Positions 1 through 9,274 are shown, numbered from the stretch's first letter. The stretch is DNA of 64,000 nt from Vulcanimicrobiota bacterium (GCA_050250895.1 JBFWNU010000003.1:523302-587301); one strand, 5' to 3'. The notes: generated by a model from the sequence alone, not told the origin. Numbers and translations: made by a program.

Positions 1-969
1 GTGGGCCAGATAGATGCGAGCCGCTTTGACATAGGCTTCGGCCGCCTTTTGCGATTCGCCCATCCGCTCTTCGGAGCGGGCATAGGCGCTCCAGTAGCGG
101 GCCTGGTCGGGGGCCTTGGCCACAGCCTGTCGATATTGCGAGCGGGCCTGCAACGGTTGTCCTTTGGCCAGCAGCAGGTTGCCCTTCTGATAGTGGGCCA
201 CCGCTCGGCGAGCCAGGACCGCACCGCGGCTCGAGGCGTTGGGAGCCCGGTCGACCGCGAACACTCCTACCAGGTTGGTCTGGCGTCGTCCCGGTCGGAC
301 GATGGTGTCACCACCGTAGGACATCGCCGTCGAAGTGCCGCCGTCAAGATTGATGGCCTGACGGGCGCCCAGGGTCTTCATGATGCGGGCCAGTTCCCAC
401 AGGCTGACATCGCGGGTCACGCTGACCATCAACAACTTGTTGGAGGCGGTCAGCCCGAGGGCCGTTCTGGGTCTGGGCACATACAACGATGGGTCGCTAA
501 AGCCCTCGGGTTGGGTGACCAGATACTCGCCCGAAACCAGCAACGTGGGACCCCCCGAAACGGCAAACTGGGTGTCGCTCCACTCTTGATATCGACCCAG
601 TCGCCCGGCCGAGTTGATGATGTCGCCGCGGCCCTGGTTGTCGATGACGAGACTGGTCCCGATGGCTCCCTCGGCCAACAGACGGCCGTCGGCCACCAGA
701 TTGCCGACCACCACCGAACTGCGGGTGTCAAAGAAGGTGCCGTTGATGGCGGCCAGAGGATGACTCTGGGTCACCATCCGGTCGAAGTCCATCGTCTTAC
801 CGGCCGGGGCCATGATGGGCCGCACCACGATCGACTTCGAATTGAGGTCGACCTTGACCACATGCACCGGGGTCTCGTAGAGGAAATGCTTCTGGTAGAC
901 TACCGGATCGGCCCAGCCCTTGCTAAAAAGCAATAAAGCCATCAACCACATCAGGTAACCTCGGGACAT
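1..969 (-). CDS. Exported phosphodiester glycosidase (NAGPA/DUF2233) family protein with C-terminal TPR-like helices; 3' end runs off the window
   Basis: Translated by hand (not in the ORF track because it has no stop in the window). MSRGYLMWLMALLLFSKGWAD signal peptide; motifs AAINGTFF, SGGP, PRTALG, AINLDGGTST; C-terminal AHYQKGNLLLAKGQPLQARSQYRQAV is TPR-like. Confidence 0.8.
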   Translation of the reverse strand, partial: MSRGYLMWLMALLLFSKGWADPVVYQKHFLYETPVHVVKVDLNSKSIVVRPIMAPAGKTMDFDRMVTQSHPLAAINGTFFDTRSSVVVGNLVADGRLLAEGAIGTSLVIDNQGRGDIINSAGRLGRYQEWSDTQFAVSGGPTLLVSGEYLVTQPEGFSDPSLYVPRPRTALGLTASNKLLMVSVTRDVSLWELARIMKTLGARQAINLDGGTSTAMSYGGDTIVRPGRRQTNLVGVFAVDRAPNASSRGAVLARRAVAHYQKGNLLLAKGQPLQARSQYRQAVAKAPDQARYWSAYARSEERMGESQKAAEAYVKAARIYLAH

Positions 970-976
970 ACGCTTA

Positions 977-1918
977 TTATAACTCAGCCGATGGCCTTTT
1001 GTCTCGCATCCAGGGCTGCTGAAAATAGCGATCCCAAGAGTCGGCGAGCAGCGCCACTACGGGCCCCCGCACGCGCCCGCTACGCGCCAATCGCACCGCC
1101 GCGACCACCGCCGTGCCCGAAGAACCACCCACCAGCAAGCCGGCTTTTTGCTGCAGCCTCAAGGCAGTGCCGAAGCTCTCTTCGTCAGAGACCGAAAAGG
1201 CCTCGTCGATCACCTCGCGCTCCAGAATATCCGGAGCCCTACTCGAGCCGATGCCTTCCACCTGATAGCTGCCGTCGGGTCCATAGTGACCGGTGCGAAC
1301 CCACTCGGCCAGCGACGATCCTTCCGGGTCGGCCAGGGCTATCCGCGTCGACCCCTGCTCTTTGAGATAACGTCCCACTCCAGTGATGGTTCCCCCCGTG
1401 CCCACTCCGGCCACGAACGCTCCCACCTCACCATTTAGCTGCCGATGGATCTCAGGCCCGGTGGTCCGATAGTGAGCCTCGACATTGGCCGGATTGCGGA
1501 ACTGATCGGCCAGAAACCAGCCTCGCTCTCGGGCCAGGCGGTCGGCGGTCTGGCGAAAGTTGTCGGGGGAATCGAGCGGAGCGTTGGGCACCACCATCAC
1601 TTCGGTCCCCAGCGCCGCCAGGGCCTGGCGCTTGTCCACCGACATCTTGGCCGGCAGCACGCAGACCAGCGAATAGCCTCTCGAGGCGGCTACCAGGGCC
1701 AGTCCCATCCCGGTGTTGCCGGCGGTGGCCTCGACGATGGTCGCACCCGGACCCAACCGCCCCTCGGCCTCGGCCGCCTCGACGATGGCCAGGGCCAGGC
1801 GGTCCTTCACACTGCCTCCGGGGTTGAGATATTCACACTTTCCGTAGAGGGGAACGGGGGTGTCGAAGCCTTGGAGTTCGACCAGGGGCGTATTGCCGAT
1901 GGCATCCAGAATGGTCAC
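977..1918 (-). CDS. PLP-dependent cysteine synthase / cystathionine beta-synthase family protein
   Basis: IGNTPL, KCEYLNPGGSVKDR (PLP lysine), EATAGNTG, GVGTGGT, EGIG, GGSSG motifs. Confidence 0.93.
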   Translation of the reverse strand: MTILDAIGNTPLVELQGFDTPVPLYGKCEYLNPGGSVKDRLALAIVEAAEAEGRLGPGATIVEATAGNTGMGLALVAASRGYSLVCVLPAKMSVDKRQALAALGTEVMVVPNAPLDSPDNFRQTADRLARERGWFLADQFRNPANVEAHYRTTGPEIHRQLNGEVGAFVAGVGTGGTITGVGRYLKEQGSTRIALADPEGSSLAEWVRTGHYGPDGSYQVEGIGSSRAPDILEREVIDEAFSVSDEESFGTALRLQQKAGLLVGGSSGTAVVAAVRLARSGRVRGPVVALLADSWDRYFQQPWMRDKRPSAEL

Positions 1919-1942
1919 TTGGGCCTGCTATGACGGGGAGGT

Positions 1943-2464
1943 TTGCCTCTCCTGCCGAAGAGCCCCTCGGTGCTCGAGCGACATCAGGAAAAACGCCAGG
2001 ACTGGGAGGGCCCCGGCCCCGGCCCCAGGCGAAAGAAGAGGCGCCTGCGCAAAGTGCGCGATTGGGTGACACGCATGTTTTTCACCTGGCCTTACTTCCT
2101 CTTTTCTTACACCCTGCTGGCCGCTCTGTGCGCGACCATCTACTGGGGCCTCATCCACCGCCGTTCCCTCGAGCAGAAATTTGAACGCCAGTCCGCCTAT
2201 TACAAGTCGGAAGTGCGCCTGGCCACGGTGACCAAAATGGTGAGGCGCCAATGCGAAGCCACCGGACGCCCGCCCTCGGATCTACAAGAGTTCTTGAAGG
2301 ACGAGTTTCCGGTGGTGGACGGCATTCAACCTCACCAGGACTTCTGGGGAGGCGATTTCTTCATCGTGGTCGCGCCCCACATGGTGATGATCTACAGCCC
2401 CGGCCCCGACGGCGAACGCTACACGGTCGACGACCTCATGATGCAGTTCGACCGCAAGGGCTAG
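1943..2464 (+). CDS. Single-pass membrane protein with GspG-like (T2SS major pseudopilin) C-terminal motif; start uncertain
   Basis: Basic N-terminus, one hydrophobic segment, C-terminal DFWGGDF...YSPGPDG..YT.DD resembling GspG DPWG..Y...S.GPDG..GT.DD. Confidence 0.6.
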   Translation: MPLLPKSPSVLERHQEKRQDWEGPGPGPRRKKRRLRKVRDWVTRMFFTWPYFLFSYTLLAALCATIYWGLIHRRSLEQKFERQSAYYKSEVRLATVTKMVRRQCEATGRPPSDLQEFLKDEFPVVDGIQPHQDFWGGDFFIVVAPHMVMIYSPGPDGERYTVDDLMMQFDRKG

Positions 2465-2485
2465 CGCGTCGGCCTGGCTGGCGCT

Positions 2486-2905
2486 CTAGATGTCGAGGAG
2501 TTCGACTTCGAAGACCAGGGTGGCGTTGGGGGGGATGACGCCGCCGGCTCCGCGGGCTCCGTAGCCGAGCTCGGGCGGAATAGTGAGCTTGCGCTTTTCG
2601 CCGACCTTCATTCCGGCCACCCCTTCATCCCAACCTTTGATGACCTGGCCGGCCCCTAGATTGAACTGGAAAGGCTGGCCGCGGTCGACGCTGGAGTCGA
2701 ATTTCTTGCCGTCGGTGAGCCAACCGGTGTAGTGGACTTTCACCTTGTCTCCCGCTTTGGCGACAGCACCGTCGCCCTCTTTAATCACTTCGTATTTGAG
2801 ACCTGAATCAGTAGTCACGACTTTCGTCTCTCCTTCCTTGGCAAACGCCGCTCCCGCCACCAGAGTAAGGGTGAGAAGGAGGGTTAGAAATCTAGTGATC
2901 TGCAT
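2486..2905 (-). CDS. FKBP-type peptidyl-prolyl cis-trans isomerase, exported
   Basis: Signal peptide; VHYTGWLTDGKKFDSS, GQVIKGWDEG, IPPELGYG, IPPNATLVFEVELL. Confidence 0.96.
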   Translation of the reverse strand: MQITRFLTLLLTLTLVAGAAFAKEGETKVVTTDSGLKYEVIKEGDGAVAKAGDKVKVHYTGWLTDGKKFDSSVDRGQPFQFNLGAGQVIKGWDEGVAGMKVGEKRKLTIPPELGYGARGAGGVIPPNATLVFEVELLDI

Positions 2906-2995
2906 GGAAATGTCCTTTCGTTTGCTCCCCCCCCGTTCGGGACCCGCAGCAGCGGACCTCCAGGGTTTGTCCGACCGGTCAAGAATTCATCGGGT

Positions 2996-5305
2996 ATGCT
3001 CGAGCAGATCAACCCCAGTCCATCGGTCCAGTTTCGCCAGGACCAACACAATTTCGCGAGAGTGCTCAGTCTTGACCTGTTGGTCGACTTCTGGCGCCAG
3101 GAGGTGACCACGAACGCCCACGGTCTGGCCACGTTAGGTCGCGACCTGGTGCGTCAGGTCGAGGCCGTTCCCGAATTGCGAGGGGCGATTCCCGACCGCA
3201 ACCTGCTGTGGCGGCATCAAGAGCTGCTGACCGCCTTGATGGCGGCCGTCTTTCCGCCCGCCATGAAAGCACTGGCCTTCGCCGGCGCCGCCGTGCCCGC
3301 CACTTTCGATTTCTTCCACGGCACGCCGCGTTTCGAGCGCGAGTTGCTCGACGAGAACCACAGCCTCCTGGGGCGATTGGCTCTCGACGATCTCGAGTGG
3401 CCCTTCCTGCGCGCCCTGTTCGGCTATCTGGCGATTCTGCGCCGCTGTTACGGCATCGACTTTCCCTTCGAGAAGTCGGTCATCGTCGAATTGAGCGACC
3501 CGAAAAGCGGTCTGGACCGCTACTTCCAAATGCGAGGCCAATTCGATATGGCTCAGGTCCGTCCCATCGGCGAGCTGCCCGTTCTGCCCGACGACATCGA
3601 GTGTATCCTGGCCCGCGATCTGACCAACCTCGAACTCTTCCGCCAGTATCTGCCGCCCGAGAAGTTCGAGTTCTACGGCTTCATGGTGCACGAAGCCACT
3701 GACGTGACCGAAGAGATCGTGCTGTCGCGATTAAAGCAAGAATTGATCGAACGCGATCCTCTCATCAGCTCCGAACGGTTTGCCAAGCTGCAGCAACGGC
3801 TGCGCACTCTGCTGGGTTTGCCAGGCCTGAAGGCGGCCGTGATCGGGCTCGAGGGCGACTCGGGTTTTCAGGTCAACAGTGAGCGAGGCTATCAACTCGA
3901 CGATCATTCCACCGCCGTCAGTGAGTGGCTGAGCGGGCCCTGCGTCGAGCATTTGCGCCGGGGCCAACCCATGGTGCTCGAAGACCTGCGCAACGCCCAT
4001 CTGTGCTCGCCCGTCATGCGCGAGTATCAATTACGCGGCGAGGGCAGTCTGCTGATGTGCCCGCTGCTTCACGAAGGGCGGCTGGTCGGCCTTTTGCTGC
4101 TGGTCGCCGGGCAACCCCACGCCCTCAACGCCTTGACCGTGTTGCGGCTGGGCAGCGTGCTGCCTCTCTTTACGCTGGCCCTGCTGCGCACCAGCGAGTC
4201 GTTTCGACACCGTGTCCAGGCGGCCATGAAAGAGCAGTTCACGGCCATCCATCCGGCCGTCGAGTGGCGCTTTCGCGAAGCCGCCAGTCGCTACGTGCGC
4301 ACCGGCGACGTGGTCGACATCAACTTCAACGAGGTCTTCTCGCTGTTTGCCAGTTCTGACATTCGCTCTTCCTCGACCATTCGCAATCAGGCCATCCAGC
4401 AGGACCTGCTCTCGCAAGTGGCGCTGGCGCGCGACGTGGTGCGGGCCGCTTACGAGGTTCGCCCGCTGGCCTATCTCGAAAGCCAGGAGTATCGTCTCAG
4501 CGGCTGGCTCAGCCACCTCGAACCCGGTCTGACCTCGGGCGACGAGGCCCGCGCCATCGAGTTCTTGCGTCACGAGATCGAGCCCCTGTTCGTCAGCCTC
4601 GAGACCTTCGGCGAGTCGGTAGCGCGTCAGGTGGCGCTCTATCGCCAGGCCCTCGACCCCCACCTCGGCTTTCTCTATGCCCAACGCAAAGCTTATGAGG
4701 ATAGCGTCAACATCCTTACCGACACCATCGCCGACATCCTCACCGAAGAGCAGGCCGAGGCCCAGGCCATCTTTCCTCACTATTTCCAGATGTACAAGAC
4801 CGATGGGGTTGACCACACCATCTACGTGGGCGACTCGCTCACCGAGCGCACCGACTTCGACCCGCTTTATCTGAGGAATTTGCGTCTCTGGCAGTTGATG
4901 GCCACCTGTCGGGTGGTGCGCGTGACTCATCGCCTGGAGGGCGAGCTACCCATGCCGCTGACCACGGCGCATCTCATCCTGGCTCAGCGGGCCTCGATCT
5001 CGCTGTTCTACTCGCACGAAGAGAAGAAGTTCTCGGTCGACGGGGCTTATAACACCCGCTACGAAATCATCAAGAAGCGCATAGACAAGGCCGAGGTTCG
5101 GCCCACCAACGAGCGTCTGACGCAACCGGGCAAAGTGGCGGTGGTCTATTCGCATCCGACCGAGGCCGACGAGTACCGCGAGTATCTCGATTTTCTCGAG
5201 CATCAGGGCCTGGTCGGCAAAGACATCGAAGACCTCGAACTGCAAGACCTGCCCGGAGTGAGCGGCCTGAGGGCGCTGCGCGTCGAGGTTCGCCCTGAAT
5301 CTTGA
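2996..5305 (+). CDS. Conserved ~770-aa GAF-domain-containing protein of unknown function
   Basis: Central GAF-like segment (SLLMCPLLHEGRLVGLLLLVA); conserved-looking C-terminal blocks FTAIHPAVEWRF, SDIRSSS, FPHYFQMYKTDGVDHTIY, VDGAYNTRYEIIKKRIDKA. Confidence 0.75.
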   Translation: MLEQINPSPSVQFRQDQHNFARVLSLDLLVDFWRQEVTTNAHGLATLGRDLVRQVEAVPELRGAIPDRNLLWRHQELLTALMAAVFPPAMKALAFAGAAVPATFDFFHGTPRFERELLDENHSLLGRLALDDLEWPFLRALFGYLAILRRCYGIDFPFEKSVIVELSDPKSGLDRYFQMRGQFDMAQVRPIGELPVLPDDIECILARDLTNLELFRQYLPPEKFEFYGFMVHEATDVTEEIVLSRLKQELIERDPLISSERFAKLQQRLRTLLGLPGLKAAVIGLEGDSGFQVNSERGYQLDDHSTAVSEWLSGPCVEHLRRGQPMVLEDLRNAHLCSPVMREYQLRGEGSLLMCPLLHEGRLVGLLLLVAGQPHALNALTVLRLGSVLPLFTLALLRTSESFRHRVQAAMKEQFTAIHPAVEWRFREAASRYVRTGDVVDINFNEVFSLFASSDIRSSSTIRNQAIQQDLLSQVALARDVVRAAYEVRPLAYLESQEYRLSGWLSHLEPGLTSGDEARAIEFLRHEIEPLFVSLETFGESVARQVALYRQALDPHLGFLYAQRKAYEDSVNILTDTIADILTEEQAEAQAIFPHYFQMYKTDGVDHTIYVGDSLTERTDFDPLYLRNLRLWQLMATCRVVRVTHRLEGELPMPLTTAHLILAQRASISLFYSHEEKKFSVDGAYNTRYEIIKKRIDKAEVRPTNERLTQPGKVAVVYSHPTEADEYREYLDFLEHQGLVGKDIEDLELQDLPGVSGLRALRVEVRPES

Positions 5306-5690
5306 GGCTTTCCAGCGAGCCCGGGTAGGGCGGCTGGCGACTTGCGATGGCCAGGGGCGGCCCCACTGCGTGCCCGTCTGCTTCGTGGTCCATCGGGGCC
5401 AACTGGTCATTCCCCTCGACGAAAAACCCAAGAGCGTCGGCTTCGAAAAGCTGCGTCGGGTGCGCAACATCCGGCAGAATCCTCAGGTGACGGTGCTGGT
5501 GGACCATTACGAAGAGGACTGGTCCCAGTTGGGATTTGTCTTTGTCGAGGGTGAGGCTGCCATCGCAGAACTGGGAGCCGAGGCCACCCGCGCTCTGCAC
5601 GAGAAATACCCTCAGTATGAGAAAATGGATCTGGAGGTTGGGGTGTGGATCTCTCCCCACAGAACCTCCGGCTGGGGTAGCTTGAAATAA
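5295..5690 (+). CDS. PPOX-class (pyridoxamine 5'-phosphate oxidase-like, TIGR03668/Rv0121-type) oxidoreductase; probable CTG start
   Basis: RVGRLATCDGQGRPHCVPVCF lies in frame upstream of the 5370 GTG; DEKPK, LRRVRNIRQNPQVTVLVDHYEEDW; GAGGT Shine-Dalgarno at 5285-5289 before CTG 5295. Confidence 0.8.
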   Translation: MNLEAFQRARVGRLATCDGQGRPHCVPVCFVVHRGQLVIPLDEKPKSVGFEKLRRVRNIRQNPQVTVLVDHYEEDWSQLGFVFVEGEAAIAELGAEATRALHEKYPQYEKMDLEVGVWISPHRTSGWGSLK

Positions 5691-5767
5691 ATTCCACAAG
5701 AGTTCCTCTTTGCGCGTCGAAGGGGGTGGGGCAAAAGCAATTGCGATAGCGACACGGAAGGTATGCC

Positions 5768-7354
5768 ATGAGTGCTGTAGACGAGAAAGAAGGAATCGCC
5801 GTAGGGGAATCGGTGGACTATGGCGAGTTGATGGAAGAGGGCCAGCAGCTGGTCGAAAAGCTCGACTACAGCGCCGCTCTCAAAGTTTATGATCGGGCCC
5901 TCAAAGCGGCCCAGAAGATGACGGGGGACGAGAAGGCCCTGCTGGTGGCCCGCGCCCGCAATGGCTATGCCGAGTGTTGTGAAGTGGTGGGCCGGTGGGA
6001 CCGCGCTCAACGCGAACTGCGCCGCACCGTGGAGTCTGAACTCGAAGGCGAAGAGCGCTTCGAGGTAGCCCGAGCCTTACTCGAGCTTGGCACCGTGCTC
6101 AGCCGCCGGGGGGAACGCGACGAGGCCCGTGACCACTATCAGGAAGCCATGGAGGTGGCCGGCGAGATCGGGGCCGTGCGCCTCAAGACCATCGCCCAGT
6201 GTCACCTGGGCGCCAACTCGGGTCGCACCGGCGAGATGGATAGCTCGTATCGTCACCTCGAAGACGCCACCCGGGCCGTCAACGAACTGCCCGACGACCC
6301 CGAAAACGCCGAGGTCAAAGCCTTGCTCGAGAGCCAGTATGGGCTCTACTACTTCCGCACGGGCCAGAACAAGAAGGCCGAAGAACACTTCCAGGCGGCC
6401 CTCAAAGCTCTCGACGGCAAGCCCAGCCTCGAGGAAGCCTCGGTTCGCCGCTTTCTGGGCGTCATGGCCGGGCTGCGTCGCGAACATCGCGAGGCTCTCA
6501 ACAATCACCTGGTGGCTCTCAAGATCTACAAGGAAGCCGGCTGCCGTTACGGTCAGGCCAAGGTCTATGACAGCATCGGTCGCACCTTCCTGGCCGTCAA
6601 CCGCATGGAAGAGGCCATCTTCTCGTTCAAGAAGGCGGAATCGATCTGCCGTCGCCTGGGCGCCAACTCCGAGCTGGCCACCCTCTACGGCAAGCTGGGC
6701 CAGGTCTACATGATTCGCGAAGACTACGAGACGGCCGTCAAATACTTCCGCCGCGACCTCGACATCAGCTCGCGCTATCGTAACTATTACGCCCTGGGCT
6801 ATTCCTACCGCAACCTGGGCCGCTCGCTCATCCAGGTGGGCATCATGGAAGAGGCCATCGCCAATCTCAAGGAAAGCCTCGGCCTGTTCCAATACGTCGA
6901 GGACAGCATCAATCTGGCCCGCGTCTACATGGACCTGACCCAGGCCTACGTCAAGGCCGAGAAGCCGGCCGAAGCCAAAGAGACGGCCGGCAAAGCCCGG
7001 GCCATCTTCGAAGAGAGCCAGCTCGATCGCGAGCTTGCCTATCTCAAGGGCCTGCAGGCCACGATCCACCGCCTCGAGCGCGAGTTCGAGCAGTCCGAGT
7101 CGCTCTTCAAAGAGGCCATCGACGAGTTGCCCGACAAAGGCTTTGATGCCTGGCGGGCCGAGACGAGCTACGAGATGGGTATCCTCTATCGCGAACTCGA
7201 CCGCCTGCCCGAGGCCGTCTCGGCCTTCCGCGACGCCCTCGAGATCGCCCGCGCCGCCGGCCTCAACCGCCACACCGGTCGCTATCTGCGCGACATCGAG
7301 TCGCTCGACGAGACCGAACTCTTCCGGGCCTGGATGGAGGACCTGCCGAGCTAG
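5768..7354 (+). CDS. Tetratricopeptide repeat protein
   Basis: Serial TPR-like units (e.g. AKVYDSIGRTFLAVNRMEEAIFSFKKAESI, ATLYGKLGQVYMIREDYETAVKYFRRDL). Confidence 0.88.
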   Translation: MSAVDEKEGIAVGESVDYGELMEEGQQLVEKLDYSAALKVYDRALKAAQKMTGDEKALLVARARNGYAECCEVVGRWDRAQRELRRTVESELEGEERFEVARALLELGTVLSRRGERDEARDHYQEAMEVAGEIGAVRLKTIAQCHLGANSGRTGEMDSSYRHLEDATRAVNELPDDPENAEVKALLESQYGLYYFRTGQNKKAEEHFQAALKALDGKPSLEEASVRRFLGVMAGLRREHREALNNHLVALKIYKEAGCRYGQAKVYDSIGRTFLAVNRMEEAIFSFKKAESICRRLGANSELATLYGKLGQVYMIREDYETAVKYFRRDLDISSRYRNYYALGYSYRNLGRSLIQVGIMEEAIANLKESLGLFQYVEDSINLARVYMDLTQAYVKAEKPAEAKETAGKARAIFEESQLDRELAYLKGLQATIHRLEREFEQSESLFKEAIDELPDKGFDAWRAETSYEMGILYRELDRLPEAVSAFRDALEIARAAGLNRHTGRYLRDIESLDETELFRAWMEDLPS

Positions 7355-7530
7355 CGCTCGCTGCGCTCGGAGAGGGGAGCGCTCGCTGTGCTCGCGAGAA
7401 GGGAGCGCTCGCTGTGCTCGGAGAGGGGAGCCTCGCTGCGCTCGGAGAGGGGAGCCGCTTCGCGGAGAGGGGAGCGCTGGCTCGCTTGCGCTCGCCAGCG
7501 AGAAGGGAGCGAGGCTCGCAAGCTCGCCTC
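7354..7530. repeat. REP-like cluster: four ~25-nt tandem units GCGCTCGCTG(C/T)GCTCGGAGAGGGGA followed by short hairpins joined by GAG(G/A)GGGAG linkers
   Basis: Units at 7354-7378, 7379-7404, 7405-7429 and 7430-7453, then hairpins CCGC-TTC-GCGG, CGCTGGC...GCCAGCG, CGAGGC...GCCTCG. Confidence 0.8.
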
Positions 7531-7594
7531 GAGTTTTTGAGGCACTCGACGCTTCGCGTCGTTATTCTGGGCGGCTTCGCCGCGGTCCGGGCTG

Positions 7595-7966
7595 GCCGGG
7601 CCACTCCCGCGCGGAAGAGGAGCGGCCATAGCCGCCACGATTTCGGCGTACCACGCTGCCAAATGGCCGGCCTCGCCGGCCGGGCTTGGGCCGGCAGCTC
7701 GCCGGGGCCCAGCCGCACGGAAGAAGCTGGCCCCGAAGGGCAGCCCTGCCGGGCCGAACGCCTGCTCGCTGTCTCCCGGCGGGTGTGCGCCGTACAGTCC
7801 GGTTCAGCCAGTGTGCGGCGCAAGTGTGCGCCGCACAGGGCGGTTTGCCTGGTGTGCGGCGCACAACGTTGCTCACGGTCGCCGCCCCGCCCGTCGGCCT
7901 CGCCGGGGCCGGGCCCTGCCGGCAAGCTCGCCCGGGCCACTTCCGCCCGGAAGACGAGCTGGCCCC
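7595..7966. repeat. Degenerate triplicated GC-rich unit carrying CTTCC-N4-GGAAG-type cores, plus TGTGCGGCGCA inverted repeats
   Basis: GCCGGGCCACTCCCGCGCGGAAGAGGAGCGGCC (~7595), GCCGGGGCCCAGCCGCACGGAAGAAGCTGGCCCC (~7701), GCCCGGGCCACTTCCGCCCGGAAGACGAGCTGGCCCC (~7930); located between convergent genes. Confidence 0.65.
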
Positions 7967-7985
7967 AGCCGAAACCGGTCCAGCC

Positions 7986-9164
7986 CTAGCTGCGCTTGAC
8001 GAAATAGGCGGCCTCTTGGTCGCCTTGACGGAGCACGACTTTGCCGCCCTTGGCCCCGGTCAAGAGCCAGAAGTTGGCTTTGGCCTCGATTCCTTTGAGG
8101 GGGTTCTTGCGCCCTTTGTCGGGTTTGAAGTCGCTATAGGTCAGGTAGGAGTCGTCGATGGTGGGGCTTGAGATCTTGCCAGTGTAGCTCTGACCGTCGA
8201 TGACCAGCTTGAGGGTCTCTTTCTCGGTGGTCACCTCGACCTCGCGCGGCAGGCCCGCCGGCGCGTTCTTGTTCTTGCCGGCGTAGGTGAAGGCGGGCAG
8301 ACGGTCGGCGGGGGTGCTGGTGGGGGGAATTGTCTTGTCGAGCCCGGGCACGTCGACATAGATGTTGTCGCGGGCGGCCAGATAGTCGGCTAGCGAAGCC
8401 ACCATGTCCATCTTGTTGTCGGGGATGGCCGGGTTCGGCTCGCCTTTGGCGGTCTTGCGCCACAAAGCCATGTGGTTCGAGGCGATCTGCGCGGCCGTCT
8501 TCTTGACGTCGGCCGGGCCTTTCAAGCCTTTGATGAGTTCGCCGGCCAACTCGCCGTGGTCGTTGGCGTAACCGTTCCACGGCACCCCACCCTTGACCGT
8601 GTCGTGCAGGAGCAGCCCGGCTCGCAGGGTGTCCTGTTCGCGTTCGCTGAGCCCGAAGAACTCACCCAGGTGCTCGCCCATCTGCACCACTCGCGCGGTA
8701 TGCAGGGCCAGCCCGCCATCGTTGATCTCGTCGGCCGGATGGAACATCCCTGAAGAAGACGAGGGAGCCCGGAAGAACTCGCTGTCGACCTCTTTGAACC
8801 CGGCCACGACCATGGCTCGGATGGAGGGGTCGACGATCAGGTCGGTGGCCGTCTGCAAAGCCACTTTGCCGCAGGCTTTCACCCAACCCGACGAGGCCGC
8901 GGCGACCTCGGCCCGGTCCTCGATGCGGCCCTGGCCGAAGACCGGGGTGGGACGAAAGTTGATGCCAGGCTTCTTGGAGAGAAAGTCTGAGAGCTTGTCG
9001 ACTCGAGCTTCGAGAGCAACGTCGTCGTGGGGCTGGAGGTCGGGAGGATAGATGGTGCCATCGAGGCCACTTCCATTCTTTTCACCGTGCATCTGGTGGT
9101 ATCCGTGGAGTTCGGTTTGAAACTCCTGGCGAAGCCTGGTCCGCGGGCTGACAGCGTTCATCAT
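7986..9164 (-). CDS. HD-domain phosphohydrolase (YhaM-like/phage-type HD) with N- and C-terminal extensions
   Basis: FFRAPSSSSGMFHP...GGLALHT, LLLHDTVK, DHGE, NHM, ADYLAAR; GGAGGA before ATG ATG at 9164/9161 (ORF track start 9320 is probably too long). Confidence 0.8.
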   Translation of the reverse strand: MMNAVSPRTRLRQEFQTELHGYHQMHGEKNGSGLDGTIYPPDLQPHDDVALEARVDKLSDFLSKKPGINFRPTPVFGQGRIEDRAEVAAASSGWVKACGKVALQTATDLIVDPSIRAMVVAGFKEVDSEFFRAPSSSSGMFHPADEINDGGLALHTARVVQMGEHLGEFFGLSEREQDTLRAGLLLHDTVKGGVPWNGYANDHGELAGELIKGLKGPADVKKTAAQIASNHMALWRKTAKGEPNPAIPDNKMDMVASLADYLAARDNIYVDVPGLDKTIPPTSTPADRLPAFTYAGKNKNAPAGLPREVEVTTEKETLKLVIDGQSYTGKISSPTIDDSYLTYSDFKPDKGRKNPLKGIEAKANFWLLTGAKGGKVVLRQGDQEAAYFVKRS

Positions 9165-9274
9165 TTCCTCCTGGCGTGGTAGGACGGTAACCGGACTATT
9201 TTGACCGTGTATCCTCAAAGAATCCTGAAACCGTCTCTTAACGGGCTGATGACAGCGGTGGGCTAGACTGAGGT

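Noticed and set aside
1-936. 311-aa plus-strand ORF in the track
   Set aside because: Antisense shadow of the minus-strand NAGPA-family gene, which has clear motifs.
7354-7453. Tandem ~25-nt repeats as a CRISPR array
   Set aside because: Units are contiguous with no unique spacers, and no cas genes are in the window.
7263-7989. Several Arg/Pro/Ala-rich ORFs across the repeat spacer
   Set aside because: Composition reflects GC-rich repeats, with no start signals or domains.
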